From an uncultured Acidimicrobiales bacterium (GTDB lineage: Bacteria; Actinomycetota; Acidimicrobiia; Acidimicrobiales; CATQHL01), in NCBI GenBank assembly GCA_958295925.1, contig CATQHL010000001.1, positions 2,030,780 through 2,094,779 on the forward strand: a stretch of DNA of 64,000 nt. The letters run 5' to 3'. The position numbers were made by a program, and so were the translations under genes. The stretch's first letter is position 1. Each line of letters starts with the position of its first letter. The notes below the pieces were generated by a model. That model had not been told where the DNA came from and did no database searches. It was given only the letters and a program-made list of their open reading frames with translations. Below are positions 1 through 10,135 of the stretch, in pieces.

Positions 1-482
1 AGGAGATGGCCGAGGTGGACATGGACCTGCTCCTCGACGTCGACTTGAAGGGGGTGCTGCTGTGCGCGCAGCACAGCATTGCCCCTATGCGGGCAAGAGG
101 CGGTGGCTCGATCGTCTTTACCTCTTCGGTTCAGGCCACGCACTCCCTGCCCGGCTGCGTAGTCTACGCCGCGGCCAAGGCGGGGGTTATCGCTGCCGCC
201 CGTACGCTCACACTGGAGGTGGGATGCGACAACATACGGGTCAACGCCATCTCCCCAGGAACCATCGACACCCCCATGCTGCGCCGCGACCTCGACGACA
301 TGAACGTCGAGGAGTCGGAGGGCTTTCTAGATCGGGTGCGCGCTGCCAACACCCTTGGGCGCATAGGCACGGTGGAGGAGGTGGGGGCTCTGGTGATGTT
401 CCTGGCCTCTGACGCATCGAGCTACATAAGCGGGACGAACGTCTACATCGATGCAGGCTTCACTGCGGTGAAGACGTTCTGA
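1..482 (+). CDS. short-chain dehydrogenase/reductase (SDR), 5'-truncated by window edge
   Basis: The frame is open to the window edge and ends at TGA 480-482. It shows the SDR catalytic Y-x3-K (YAAAKAG), NAISPGTIDTP and a C-terminal GTNVYIDAG. The Rossmann N-terminus lies upstream of the window. Confidence 0.85.
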   Translation, partial: EMAEVDMDLLLDVDLKGVLLCAQHSIAPMRARGGGSIVFTSSVQATHSLPGCVVYAAAKAGVIAAARTLTLEVGCDNIRVNAISPGTIDTPMLRRDLDDMNVEESEGFLDRVRAANTLGRIGTVEEVGALVMFLASDASSYISGTNVYIDAGFTAVKTF

Positions 483-493
483 TCAGCGGGACT

Positions 494-1528
494 ATGCCTG
501 AAGAAATACCCGGGCGGGCGCTGCTGGGAGATCCCGGTCAGATGGCCTCGGTGCGTGAGGTCACCTTGCGGGACGGTTCCACCGACGGGTTGCGCGCCGT
601 TGATGTCCGCCCGGCCGGGGGAATCCACGCACTGGTGCTGGCGGACAGGGGAATGGACGTGGGACCGGCCTGGGTTGGTGGCTGGCCGCTGCACTGGCAG
701 TCCCCGGCCGGCTTCCGCCACCCGTCGCATTTTGACGGGCGGCGTTGGCTGGACTCTTTCGGGGGCGGCTTGCTGGTGACTTGCGGGTTGTCGAATGTTG
801 GGCCGGGCTGCAGCGTCGCAGAGGAGTCGTTTTGCCAGCACGGGCGCTTCTCCAACCTGCCCGCCACAGGCGTTCACTCTGAGATTGTCATGGCAGCGGA
901 AGCGCCCAGGGCTGTTGTCGTGGCAGGGAGCGTCAGGGAGTCGTCGGTCTACGGGGTGAACATCCTCCTGGAGCGAACCCTGCGATTCGAGGTGGGTGAG
1001 CCGCGCATCGAGCTCATCGACATCGTTCGGAACGAGGGATTCGAGCCTGCCCCGCTGTTCCTGCTCTACCATTTCAACCTGGGCTATCCGGTTATCTCGC
1101 CCACTACGGAGCTGAGGATCAGCCCTGAATATGCGACCGAGGCGTTCACCGACAGCGCCTCTGAGCTTCATGCCCGCTTCGCCGCGCCGCGCCCGGGGTT
1201 TGCCGCCGAGGTCTTCGAGCACAGGCTCCCCGGGCAGGAGACCGCTTCCGCCACGCTGGAAAACAGGGGCTTCCCGCCGTCCGGCGGGATTGTCGCGGCA
1301 ATCGGCTGGGACACCGGGCAACTGCCGCGCCTTTGGCAGTGGAGAATGCTGGGGGCGGGCATGTACCTCACGGGGATTGAACCCGCAAACTGCGGAATCC
1401 GGGGCAGGGCGGCAGAGCTCTCCGACGACTCGGCAGCTGTGGATGTTCTCCCTCCTGGGGGGGAGCGCAGGTTCGACTTGACGATTACCGCTGCGGTCGG
1501 TAATGCCGGCGGAGGTGGACATGGCTGA
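494..1528 (+). CDS. aldose-1-epimerase-like / DUF4432-type protein (tentative)
   Basis: A 344-aa ORF with host-like composition, tightly packed between its neighbours. It is beta-rich and carries HGRFSNLPA-type strings reminiscent of DUF4432/mutarotase-like proteins. The family call is from memory only. Confidence 0.5.
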   Translation: MPEEIPGRALLGDPGQMASVREVTLRDGSTDGLRAVDVRPAGGIHALVLADRGMDVGPAWVGGWPLHWQSPAGFRHPSHFDGRRWLDSFGGGLLVTCGLSNVGPGCSVAEESFCQHGRFSNLPATGVHSEIVMAAEAPRAVVVAGSVRESSVYGVNILLERTLRFEVGEPRIELIDIVRNEGFEPAPLFLLYHFNLGYPVISPTTELRISPEYATEAFTDSASELHARFAAPRPGFAAEVFEHRLPGQETASATLENRGFPPSGGIVAAIGWDTGQLPRLWQWRMLGAGMYLTGIEPANCGIRGRAAELSDDSAAVDVLPPGGERRFDLTITAAVGNAGGGGHG

Positions 1529-2660
1529 AATCGATTTCAGGGGGGTGGGCAAGACCTACGGCGACGGCACAGTGGCCGTGCGAGGCGTGGACCTTCAGGT
1601 CGCAGAGGGGGAGTTTGTGGTGCTCGTCGGGCCTTCGGGCTGCGGCAAATCCACGCTGCTGCGGATGCTGGCTGGCCTGGAGGCCATCACGGAGGGGGAA
1701 ATCCTCATTGACGGCGTAGTCGTCAACAAGACACACCCGCGTGACCGCGACGTGGCGATGGTCTTTCAGAACTACGCCCTTTACCCGCACATGACCGTGT
1801 TTGCAAACATGGCCTTTCCCCTTCGCCAGGGGAAGATGCCGAAGGCCGATGTCGCCGAGCGGGTAAGGGAGGTGGCCGGCATCCTTCAGCTCACCGAGCA
1901 CCTCAAGCGCCGCCCGGCCAATCTCTCTGGCGGGCAGCGCCAGCGGGTGGCCATCGGTCGGGCCATAGTCCGCAACCCCAAGGCTTTCCTGCTGGACGAG
2001 CCGCTCTCCAACCTCGATGCCAAGCTGCGGGTGCGGATGCGGGGTGAAATCGCCCAGCTGCACGCTGACCTGGGTGTGACGACCATCTTTGTGACCCACG
2101 ACCAGGTGGAGGCGATGACCCTGGGTCAACGGGTGGCGGTGCTCTCCGACGGCGAGCTGCGCCAGGTCGGCAGCCCTCACGATCTATACAACCACCCAGG
2201 CGACATGTTCGTGGCAGGGTTCATCGGCAGCCCTTCGATGAACCTGATGCGCGCCGAGTTGCGCAACGAGGAGGGTTGGCGATTGCACCTCGCGTCAGGA
2301 TCCGTCCCGGTTTCGGGCGATGTGGTCAGGGGCGTCTCGGGAGCCGTGCACGGGCAGGAGTTTGTGGCGGGGGTTCGGCCGGAGTCACTGGTGCTGGGCG
2401 ACCCTCGCCTCCCGGAGGCTGAAGGATTGCCGCGTGGGGTGGTTCGCCTCATCGAGGTAATCGAGCCGGAGATGTACGTGTACGTCGACGGCTTCACCCT
2501 GGTGGATTCCGGCGACCCGGACGCCCCGAGCGGCGAGATGCTGGTGGCCAGGCAGCCCTCAGGGCGCTCAGTAAGCCCTGGCGACGTGGTTGCCGTAGGA
2601 TGGGATGACAAGAATCTGCACCTGTTCTCGGCGGAGGACGGGACTGCGGTCACAGGCTGA
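1521..2660 (+). CDS. ABC transporter ATP-binding protein, MalK/UgpC type
   Basis: Walker [10 protein letters not shown], signature [14 protein letters not shown], Walker [13 protein letters not shown]-loop VTHDQ and a C-terminal MalK-like regulatory domain. ATG 1521 has GGAGG 5 nt upstream; ATG 1503 is an alternative start. Confidence 0.9.
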   Translation: MAEIDFRGVGKTYGDGTVAVRGVDLQVAEGEFVVLVGPSGCGKSTLLRMLAGLEAITEGEILIDGVVVNKTHPRDRDVAMVFQNYALYPHMTVFANMAFPLRQGKMPKADVAERVREVAGILQLTEHLKRRPANLSGGQRQRVAIGRAIVRNPKAFLLDEPLSNLDAKLRVRMRGEIAQLHADLGVTTIFVTHDQVEAMTLGQRVAVLSDGELRQVGSPHDLYNHPGDMFVAGFIGSPSMNLMRAELRNEEGWRLHLASGSVPVSGDVVRGVSGAVHGQEFVAGVRPESLVLGDPRLPEAEGLPRGVVRLIEVIEPEMYVYVDGFTLVDSGDPDAPSGEMLVARQPSGRSVSPGDVVAVGWDDKNLHLFSAEDGTAVTG

Positions 2661-2696
2661 ACCTGTGCAGGAACGCTGATCCAGGGAAGGAATGAC

Positions 2697-3260
2697 ATGA
2701 GCAGCAGCGGGGCGGTGAACGGGCTCAGTCACGTTGGCATCACTGTGGCCGACCTGGGGCGCTCAATCAGGTTTTACGAACTCCTGGGGTTCGCCGAGTG
2801 CGCCCGCTGGGTGCGAACCGAGGACTACCTGCGCAAGTTGGTGGGTTATCCCGAAGTTGATCTTTACGCCGCCGTCCTCCGCCACGAGGCGTTCGGGGTG
2901 TTCCTCGAACTGCTTGAATACCGCAACGTTGAGCAGGTGGAGATTGACCCTCGCAACGGTAATCCCGGCACGAGCCACTTCTGCCTGTTTGTGGAGGGCT
3001 TCGAGGAGCTCTGGGAGAGGCTTCGGGCGTCGGGTGTGCGCTATGTGAGCGAGCCGGTGACGCCAACAGTGGGGCCGAACGTGGGATCACTGGCGGTGTA
3101 TCTGATCGACCCGGACGGGCATCGCGTGGAGCTTGTGGAAACCCCCCGAAACCTCGACGGGACGCTGAGATCCGCAAAGCGGCCGGCCCGCCCCGTTTCG
3201 TCGTCGGCTTCAGGGGCGCCCTGCTGCGCCGCTGTCGCCGAAGGGTCGGACGCGGCCTGA
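2697..3260 (+). CDS. VOC (glyoxalase/bleomycin-resistance/dioxygenase) family protein
   Basis: GLSHVGITVADLGRSIRFYE, HFCLFV and DPDGHRVELVE are typical of the paired beta-alpha-beta-beta-beta VOC fold. The C-terminal tail is low-complexity. Confidence 0.75.
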   Translation: MSSSGAVNGLSHVGITVADLGRSIRFYELLGFAECARWVRTEDYLRKLVGYPEVDLYAAVLRHEAFGVFLELLEYRNVEQVEIDPRNGNPGTSHFCLFVEGFEELWERLRASGVRYVSEPVTPTVGPNVGSLAVYLIDPDGHRVELVETPRNLDGTLRSAKRPARPVSSSASGAPCCAAVAEGSDAA

Positions 3261-3276
3261 ATCGGGGGGAGGCTCG

Positions 3277-4188
3277 GTGATTGGAACGGCCACACCGCTC
3301 GTCGGGTTGCATGATCTGGAGACGTTCGCCGACGGGCTTGACCATCCCGAGGGCATCTGCCTGGCACCCAACGGCTGCCTGTATGTGGGCGGGGAGGCCG
3401 GACAGATCTACCGGATAGGCCCATCCGGCGAGGCGGTGGAGATCGCCAACAGCGGGGGGTTCATGCTGGGACTGGCCGCCGACGCCGAGAGCAACGTCTA
3501 CGCCATAGACAACGTGGCAAAGACCGTCTGGCGATTCCCCCCCGACGGATTGAAGCAGGAGGTCTTCACCAGAGGCAGCGCCGAGCGTGCGCTGGGAGTG
3601 CCGAACTGGGGGGCCTTTGACAGCAAGGGCAACTACTACCTCACCGACTCCGGCGGGTGGGGGGAGAGAAACGGGTTCATCTGGGTTGTGCGGCCTGGGG
3701 GCTCGGCGGAGGTGTGGAGCGTCGAGTCTGAGAACTTCCCCAACGGATGCGCCCTGTCAGCGGATGAAGGTCTTCTGTACGTGGCGGAGAGCTACCCGAG
3801 CGCCTTGGTGGCCATCCCCATCTTGGCTGACAACTCGGCCGGGCGCCGTGAGGTGCTCTGCGAGATGGGCAGGAGCGTGCCTGACGGGGTTGCGGTAGCC
3901 ACAGACGGCTCGCTCGTCGTCTCCTGCTACCGGCCCGACGCCCTTTACGTCTGGCATCGGGATTCGGGGCTTGCGTTGCTGGCCACCGACGAGCGGGGGA
4001 CCATCCTTGCGGCGCCCACCAATGCGGTATTTGTGGGAGAGGGGCTCGACACCGTCGTCGTGCCCAACCTGGGGCGCTGGCACCTGACACGTTTTCGCTC
4101 CACGCTCAGGGGCGTCCCGCTGCGCTATCCCGCTCGAGATCTGATCGACGGCGGCGCCGGGTCAGCGGCGAGGGGGGCGGCCGGTTGA
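3277..4188 (+). CDS. SMP-30/gluconolactonase/LRE-family beta-propeller (lactonase-like)
   Basis: HPEGICLAPNGCLYV, YLTDSGG, FPNGCALSADEGLLYVAES and PDGVAVATDGSLVV. GTG start follows GGGGGAGG. Confidence 0.75.
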   Translation: MIGTATPLVGLHDLETFADGLDHPEGICLAPNGCLYVGGEAGQIYRIGPSGEAVEIANSGGFMLGLAADAESNVYAIDNVAKTVWRFPPDGLKQEVFTRGSAERALGVPNWGAFDSKGNYYLTDSGGWGERNGFIWVVRPGGSAEVWSVESENFPNGCALSADEGLLYVAESYPSALVAIPILADNSAGRREVLCEMGRSVPDGVAVATDGSLVVSCYRPDALYVWHRDSGLALLATDERGTILAAPTNAVFVGEGLDTVVVPNLGRWHLTRFRSTLRGVPLRYPARDLIDGGAGSAARGAAG

Positions 4189-4988
4189 GCGGCGAGGAGT
4201 GGGGCGGGGAGGTTCCGGATGGCTACGTAGCCGGGCTCTTTGACTTCGGCGGGAAGGTCGTGATGGTGACCGGGGGCGCCAGCGGCCTGGGGGAGGCGAT
4301 GGCTCTCGGCTTCGCCGACAGCGGGGCGACGGTGGTAATTGCAGACATCGACCGCGAGCGGGCTGAGCGACTCGTTGCGGGCGTGGGGCCGCGACGTCGC
4401 CTGGGGTTCGTGGAGACCGACGTGACCCGGCGGTCGTCGGTAGAGGCGGCAGTGAGTCGGGTGCTGGGGGAACACGGCGCAGTGGACGTGCTGATCAACA
4501 GCGCCGGGACGGCCGCCCGACACCCTGCTGCGGATTTCCCCGACGAGGACTGGGAGAGGGTGATGGGCCTTAATCTCAAGGGCACCTGGCTTCCCTGTCA
4601 GGTGGTCGGCCGGTCAATGATCGAACGCGGCGGGGGCAGCATCGTCAACGTGGCCTCCATCGGAGCGAGTCGCGCTTACCCCGAAACCACCGCCTATCTG
4701 CAGAGCAAGGGGGCGGTGGTGCAGCTCACGCGCAGCCTGGCGCTGGAGTGGATACCCCACGGCGTGCGGGTGAACGCCATCGCCCCGGCCCTCTTCGATA
4801 CGCCCCTGGTGCGCGCAGCCGACGGAAAACGCAGCTTGACCAGCGAATTCATAATGGCCAGAACTCCAATCGGACGGCGGGGGAAGCCTCGTGAGATGGT
4901 CGCCCCGGCGCTGTTCCTGGCCAGCGATGGCGCCTCCATGGTGACCGGGCAAGTCCTAGGAGTAGACGGGGGGTACCTGACGGCATGA
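4185..4988 (+). CDS. SDR family oxidoreductase
   Basis: VTGGASGLG Rossmann motif, NSAG, catalytic Y-x3-K (YLQSKGAV) and NAIAPA. The TTG start overlaps the upstream stop. Confidence 0.9.
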   Translation: MSGEEWGGEVPDGYVAGLFDFGGKVVMVTGGASGLGEAMALGFADSGATVVIADIDRERAERLVAGVGPRRRLGFVETDVTRRSSVEAAVSRVLGEHGAVDVLINSAGTAARHPAADFPDEDWERVMGLNLKGTWLPCQVVGRSMIERGGGSIVNVASIGASRAYPETTAYLQSKGAVVQLTRSLALEWIPHGVRVNAIAPALFDTPLVRAADGKRSLTSEFIMARTPIGRRGKPREMVAPALFLASDGASMVTGQVLGVDGGYLTA

Positions 4989-6175
4989 GCAGAAATCACA
5001 TTGAGAGCCTCCAGGGAAGCAGCGATCAGCGCATCGCAGCCGTTGACGTCTGCACCGTGCGGGCGGCGGTGCCGGAGGTGATCCGCTTCGGTTCCTGGGT
5101 GATGGAGCACAGGGAGTTTGCGCTGGTGCGGGTGCGGACCAGCGACGGTCTGTGCGGCTACGCGTTCACGCTCACCCGCGACGGCCCCATCGCCGAGATG
5201 ATCGGCAACTACATCGGGCCTCGCTACCTGGGGCGCGATCCAGCGGCCCCGCAGGGCATCTTCGCCGGGGTGCAGCGATCAAACATGTCGTGCCTTGCCT
5301 CTGGTTTGGGGCTTCGGGCGCTATCGCTGGTCGACCTGGCCACCTGGGACATGGCGGCACGGCTTTCAGGGCTTGGGATCGCAGAGTTCCTGGGCGAGGG
5401 GTCGGCACGAATGCCGGCCACGGCAATCGTCGGATACCCGCCAACCCTCAGCCCGCAAGAGGTGACTGAACAGGTGGGCGGGCTGTACGAGCAGGGCTGG
5501 CGTCTCTTCAAGCTGCCGATGGCTGCGGATTTCGCCGTTTCCAAGGCTCGCCTGGAGGCGGCGGCCTCGGTGAGCGACGACATCGAAGTCTCCTGCGACG
5601 GGGCCTGGATGTTCGACTCGGTGGACGACGCCGCGTCCTTTCTGGGGAGCTTGGACTGTGAGCTGGGCTGGTTCGAAGACCCGTTCCCCCCCGGCAACGC
5701 CCGAATCATCGCCGAACTGCGTGAGCGCTCCCCATTTCCGATCGCCTTTGGCGACGAGCAGGGGGGTGCGCACTACCCCGAGTCGCTGCTGGCGCACAAA
5801 GCGGTGGACATCGTTCGGGTGGACGCAACTTGCATGGGTGGGCTGAGTTCCCTGGCCGACATTCTGGAACAGGTCTCAGATGCGGGCGTCCGCTTCGAGC
5901 CCCACATGAACGCGCATGTCCACTCACAGATATTCGCCGGCCTGGGGCATCGCGCAGCCCGGCTGGAGTGGGGGGTGCCGGGCACGGGCGTAGACCAGTT
6001 TGCGGACTCCCTGATGCGCCCGGTTGTGATAGACGGGCTGATGGAGCCGCTGAAGGTTGCGGCCGGTTTCGGGACGCTGTTGAACCCCGACTGGGTGCGC
6101 GCCCAGCCTCACGACGACCCGGCAGGGATTCTTGACGAGGCCTCCGCCCAGGGTGTCGGTCAGACGGTCGAGTAG
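4985..6175 (+). CDS. enolase-superfamily enzyme (mandelate racemase/muconate-lactonizing/acid-sugar dehydratase family)
   Basis: Capping domain plus barrel with metal-ligand-type strings (VSCDGAW, WFEDPFPP, IAFGDEQ). ATGA overlap with the upstream SDR. Confidence 0.8.
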   Translation: MSRNHIESLQGSSDQRIAAVDVCTVRAAVPEVIRFGSWVMEHREFALVRVRTSDGLCGYAFTLTRDGPIAEMIGNYIGPRYLGRDPAAPQGIFAGVQRSNMSCLASGLGLRALSLVDLATWDMAARLSGLGIAEFLGEGSARMPATAIVGYPPTLSPQEVTEQVGGLYEQGWRLFKLPMAADFAVSKARLEAAASVSDDIEVSCDGAWMFDSVDDAASFLGSLDCELGWFEDPFPPGNARIIAELRERSPFPIAFGDEQGGAHYPESLLAHKAVDIVRVDATCMGGLSSLADILEQVSDAGVRFEPHMNAHVHSQIFAGLGHRAARLEWGVPGTGVDQFADSLMRPVVIDGLMEPLKVAAGFGTLLNPDWVRAQPHDDPAGILDEASAQGVGQTVE

Positions 6176-6218
6176 AAAACCGGATGGAAGCGCCAATTCG
6201 CAGGAGTCGCCTGGTTCG

Positions 6219-6728
6219 ATGACTGGAGGGCGGGTGTTTGAAGCACGCGAGCGGCGCTACGGCGGCTTTCTGGAGGATTACGAAGTCGGCGACGAGTACC
6301 GACACTGGCCGGGCAAGACGATCACCGACGCGGAGAACCACCTGTTCTGCCTGCTCACGATGGCGACTAACCCGTTACACGTCGACGACGCGCACAGCGC
6401 AAGCCTGGAGGGGCCGTTTGAGAGGGCGGTGGTGGTGGGTTCCTACGTCTACTCCCTGCTGTTGGGGATGAGCGTTCCAGACATCTCCGGGCGGGCTCTG
6501 GCCAACCTTGGCACAACCGACCTGCGCCACACTGCCCCGGTGTATCCAGGCGACACGCTCTACGGGACATCCACGGTCACGGCGGTGCGCCCCAGCCGCT
6601 CCCGCCCCAACGCCGGCATTATCACTTCGAGGACAGTGGGGCGCAATCAGGAGGGTTTGGAGGTGGCGAGTTTCATACGCTCGGTGATGCTTCCGAGGCG
6701 TCCCGCCGCAGTGACTGCCGATGACTGA
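6219..6728 (+). CDS. MaoC-family (hot-dog fold) dehydratase
   Basis: ITDAENHLFCLLTMATNPLHVD and GDTLYGTSTVT are typical of MaoC hydratases. I prefer ATG 6219, because the longer ORF from 6132 would overlap the previous gene. Confidence 0.75.
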   Translation: MTGGRVFEARERRYGGFLEDYEVGDEYRHWPGKTITDAENHLFCLLTMATNPLHVDDAHSASLEGPFERAVVVGSYVYSLLLGMSVPDISGRALANLGTTDLRHTAPVYPGDTLYGTSTVTAVRPSRSRPNAGIITSRTVGRNQEGLEVASFIRSVMLPRRPAAVTADD

Positions 6729-7974
6729 GGTCGCCGCCGCCGCTGGGGAGGCTGTAGAGGGGCGGGATGGGGCCGCCGGGCGGGAAGGGGCGCTTTCCGA
6801 CCTTCGGGTGGTGGACATGGCCACCGTGGTGGCTGGGCCGGGGGCGGCCAAGCTCTTCGCCGACCTGGGGGCGGAAGTTATAAAGGTGGAGGCGCCCGGA
6901 GGGGATTCGGTGCGGAGGATGGGGTGGATGCCCGAGACGCCGGAGGGCGACGACTCCTACTTCTGGAAGCTGCAGGGGCGCGGCAAGCGCAGCGTCGTGC
7001 TGAACCTCAAGACCGCTGCAGGGCGTGAAGCAATGCTGAAGCTGCTGGACACGGCGGACCTGCTCATTGAGAACCTGCGTCCTGGCAAGTTGGAGGCGCT
7101 CGGGCTTGCGCCGGAGATGTTGAGGGGGCGCAACCCGCGGCTTGTCATCCTGCGAATCACGGGTTTCGGGCAGAGCGGCCCTTACGCCATGCGTCCAGGC
7201 TTCGCAACCCTGGCAGAGGCGTTGAGCGGCTATTCGGCCATCAGCGGTTCGCCCGACGGCCCACCGCTGTTGCCACCCGTCGCCCTTACCGACGAACTCA
7301 CCGGCACCATCGGGGCATTTTCGGCCATGGCCGCCCTCTGGGAGGCGCGCCGCAGCGGCGTGGGCCAGGAAATCGATCTTTCGCTGGTGGATTCCCTGCT
7401 GCATGTCATGGGGCCGCTTCCGTCGGCCTGGGCGCACCTGGGCTATCTGCAGCCGCGTCTGGGCTCGGGCATTCCGTACACGGTGCCGCGCGGCACTTAC
7501 CAGTGCTCCGACGGGCGCTGGATCGCCATCTCCACTTCCAGCGACAGCGTTGCGCGGCGCGTGCTTTCGCTTATCGGGGCGGGCGACGACGAGCGCTTTG
7601 CCAGTTTTTCGGGTCGATTTGCCAATCGGGACGAACTGGAGGGCCTGGTGGCCGACTGGGTGCGCCGACACACTGGCGAGGAGGCCATCAGGCTGCTGGA
7701 TGAGGCCGACGCCGCTGTGTCGCCCGTCTACTCGATGGCCGACCTGTTCGCCGACGAGCACTTCAAGGTTCGAGGGACTTTCGTTGAGGTTGACGGAGTG
7801 GTGATGCAGGGGGTTGCGCCGCGCCTTTCGCGCACGCCCGGGCGGGTGCCCTTTGCGGGCAGGCCACTGGGGGCGGACACTGAGGAGGTTCTGGCAGATC
7901 TGGGTCTTGACGCCGGGTTGTCGGGGCGGGAGCCTGGAGCGGATGCGGCAGATCAGGCTGACGGGGCGGGCTGA
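6721..7974 (+). CDS. family III CoA-transferase (CaiB/BaiF type)
   Basis: LSDLRVVDMATVVAGPGAAKLFADLGAEVIKVE, ENLRPGKLE and ITGFGQSGPY. The start overlaps the MaoC gene by 8 nt. Confidence 0.85.
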   Translation: MTEVAAAAGEAVEGRDGAAGREGALSDLRVVDMATVVAGPGAAKLFADLGAEVIKVEAPGGDSVRRMGWMPETPEGDDSYFWKLQGRGKRSVVLNLKTAAGREAMLKLLDTADLLIENLRPGKLEALGLAPEMLRGRNPRLVILRITGFGQSGPYAMRPGFATLAEALSGYSAISGSPDGPPLLPPVALTDELTGTIGAFSAMAALWEARRSGVGQEIDLSLVDSLLHVMGPLPSAWAHLGYLQPRLGSGIPYTVPRGTYQCSDGRWIAISTSSDSVARRVLSLIGAGDDERFASFSGRFANRDELEGLVADWVRRHTGEEAIRLLDEADAAVSPVYSMADLFADEHFKVRGTFVEVDGVVMQGVAPRLSRTPGRVPFAGRPLGADTEEVLADLGLDAGLSGREPGADAADQADGAG

Positions 7975-8091
7975 CGGATCGGGCGGCAGACCGGATAGGG
8001 CGGGATGGACTGGAGTCGGGACAGGCTGACGGGACGCGACTGATTAGCAGGTCGGACAGGGCATGACCGAATGTGAAAGGCGGTAAGTCAA

Positions 8092-8415
8092 ATGAGCGAA
8101 CAGGGTGATTCAGATATGAAGGCGGGCGAGGAGTACCTGGTTCACATTCAGGTCAACTGGCCGCCGGACGGCGACGAGGCGCTGAAGTCCCGTTTGATAG
8201 CCGCCGAGCGCGCCCGTGCCGTCGAGCTCATAGCCGACGGCGTGCTGCGAAGGCTCTGGCGGGTGCCAGGTCGCTGGGCCAACTGGGGCGTCTGGCGTGC
8301 CGCTGACGCCGACGAACTGCATCAGGCGATTGCATCGTTGCCGTTCTTCCCCTGGCTGGACGTGCGGGTCCATCCGCTGGCGGCGCACCCCTCCGATCCT
8401 GGTCTGGGGGCATAG
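8092..8415 (+). CDS. muconolactone delta-isomerase-family protein
   Basis: LRRLWRVPGRWANWGVW...LHQAIASLPFFPWLDVRVHPLAAHPS parallels Pseudomonas CatC (WRHLWRIAG..ANYSVF..LPLFPYMDIEV..RHPS) as I recall it. Confidence 0.8.
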   Translation: MSEQGDSDMKAGEEYLVHIQVNWPPDGDEALKSRLIAAERARAVELIADGVLRRLWRVPGRWANWGVWRAADADELHQAIASLPFFPWLDVRVHPLAAHPSDPGLGA

Positions 8416-8417
8416 GC

Positions 8418-10115
8418 GTGGCCTTTCCGACTGACTTGGAGATTGCTGCCGATGCCCGGCTGAGGCCGCTCGAAGACGTCGCAGCCGACGCCGGCATCCC
8501 TCCTGGCTGCCTTGAGCCCTACGGGCGAGGAGCGGCCAAGATCGATCTGTCCGCCGTCGAGCTGATGTCGGACAGGCCCAAGGCCGCCTACGTGGTGGTT
8601 ACCGCCATCACGCCTACGCCGCTGGGTGAGGGAAAGACGACCACAACGGTTGGCCTGGGGCAGGCGTTCGCGCACATCGGGCGCACTGCCACCATCGCAA
8701 TTCGCCAGCCCTCGATGGGCCCGACCTTTGGCATAAAGGGCGGCGCCGCCGGCGGGGGCTACAGCCAAGTCGTCCCGATGGACATTCTGAACTTGCACCT
8801 CACTGGGGACATGCACGCCGTGACCGCCGCCCACAACATGTGTGCAGCACAGCTGGACGCCCACATCTTTCACGGCAACGAGTTGGGGCTGAACCTGCAC
8901 TCGATTACGTGGAGGCGGGTGCTGGACGTTAACGACCGCGCCCTCCGCAACGTGGTAATCGGCCTTGGCGGGCGGCTGGACGGCGTGCCCCGCGAGAGCG
9001 GCTTTGACATCACCGCCGCCTCCGAGGTGATGGCCGCTCTTGCGCTGTCCACCTCCCTCGGTGACTTGCGCGCCCGGCTGGGGCGAATCGTCGTGGGGTA
9101 CACGCGCTCCGGCGACCCTGTGACCGCTGAAGACCTGAAGGCCGCCGGCGCCATGGCCGTGATCTTGCGCGACGCCATTAAACCCAACCTCATGCAGACG
9201 CTGGAGGGCACCCCGGCGCTGGTGCACACAGGGCCATTCGGCAACATCGCCACCGGCAACTCCTCAATCGTGGCCGACAGGGTGGGCATCCGCAGCGCAG
9301 AGTTTCTGGTGACAGAGGCAGGCTTCGGCGCCGACATGGGGGCCGAGCGATTCTTCAACATCAAGTGCCGCTACTCGGGGCTGGCGCCTGACGCCGCGGT
9401 GCTGGTTGCCACCGTGCGCGGGCTGAAGGCGCACTCCGGGCGCCACCGCATCGTGGCGGGGCGACCGTTGCCTGAGGCGCTGTTGGAGGAGAACCCCGAC
9501 GAGGTTCACGAGGGCAGCGCCAACCTGCGCAAGCAAATCGAGAACATTCGCATTCACGGCGTCGCGCCGGTTGTAGCGGTGAACGCCTTTCCCGAAGACC
9601 ATGACGCCGACTTGGCCGCCGTCGGGGAGGTCGCCGAGGCTTGCGGCGTGCGCTGGGCAGTCTCACACCACTTCACGGAAGGCGGGAGGGGGGCGGCGGC
9701 GCTGGCCGAAGCGGTGACGGAGGCTGCTTCGGAGCCTGGGGGTTTTGAAGTGCTCTACCCGTCGGAGTATTCGCTTCGTCAAAAGATTGAATGCGTGGCG
9801 AAGCGTGTCTACGGTGCCGAAGGGGTGGATTACAGCGCTCGGGCCTCACGCGAGATCGACACCTACGAAGCTGCGGGCTTCGGCGACCTTCCTGTGTGCA
9901 TCGCCAAGACTCACCTTTCCCTCTCTTCCGACCCTTCCTTGAGGGGTGCGCCGACGGGCTGGCGGTTGCCGGTGCGGGAGGTGCGCGCCTCTGTGGGGGC
10001 GGGGTTCGTCTATCCCATCTGCGGCGACATGCGCACGATGCCCGGCCTTGGCCGGGCACCTGCCGCACAGGGCATCGACCTCGACGCAGAGGGGCGGATC
10101 GTGGGGCTCAGCTAG
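8418..10115 (+). CDS. fhs: formate--tetrahydrofolate ligase
   Basis: Full-length 565 aa with the PTPLGEGKTTTTVGL P-loop, a GPFGNIA-type string and C-terminal CIAKTHLSLS. GTG start lies 2 nt after the upstream stop. Confidence 0.95.
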   Translation: MAFPTDLEIAADARLRPLEDVAADAGIPPGCLEPYGRGAAKIDLSAVELMSDRPKAAYVVVTAITPTPLGEGKTTTTVGLGQAFAHIGRTATIAIRQPSMGPTFGIKGGAAGGGYSQVVPMDILNLHLTGDMHAVTAAHNMCAAQLDAHIFHGNELGLNLHSITWRRVLDVNDRALRNVVIGLGGRLDGVPRESGFDITAASEVMAALALSTSLGDLRARLGRIVVGYTRSGDPVTAEDLKAAGAMAVILRDAIKPNLMQTLEGTPALVHTGPFGNIATGNSSIVADRVGIRSAEFLVTEAGFGADMGAERFFNIKCRYSGLAPDAAVLVATVRGLKAHSGRHRIVAGRPLPEALLEENPDEVHEGSANLRKQIENIRIHGVAPVVAVNAFPEDHDADLAAVGEVAEACGVRWAVSHHFTEGGRGAAALAEAVTEAASEPGGFEVLYPSEYSLRQKIECVAKRVYGAEGVDYSARASREIDTYEAAGFGDLPVCIAKTHLSLSSDPSLRGAPTGWRLPVREVRASVGAGFVYPICGDMRTMPGLGRAPAAQGIDLDAEGRIVGLS

Positions 10116-10135
10116 GGGGAGTCGTCGGCCGCATC

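Noticed and set aside
443-1552. 369-aa minus-strand ORF, together with many similar long antisense or alternative-frame ORFs. Examples: 6673..7761(-), 8322..9227(-), 13287..14258(-), 17257..18027(+), 17510..18319(+), 24112..24915(+), 38245..39465(-), 53906..55003(-), 56029..57159(+), 58670..60175(-).
   Set aside because: They lie entirely inside or opposite genes with clear family motifs. Their translations are Arg/Pro/Gly/Ala-rich with no recognisable motifs. This is the classic pattern of stop-codon-poor shadow ORFs in high-GC DNA.
7954-8033. Exact 12-nt direct repeat caggctgacggg at 7954-7965 and 8022-8033, plus a degenerate copy at 7968-7978.
   Set aside because: It is GC-rich low-complexity sequence, partly inside the CoA-transferase 3' end. 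It could be a regulator site for the downstream gene, but there is no supporting structure.
9791-10135. N-terminal extension of the methyltransferase ORF (the track lists 9791..11362, 523 aa).
   Set aside because: The extension overlaps the last roughly 325 nt of fhs in another frame and is Arg/Gly-rich junk. The MTase homology starts just before the FMTPEP motif.
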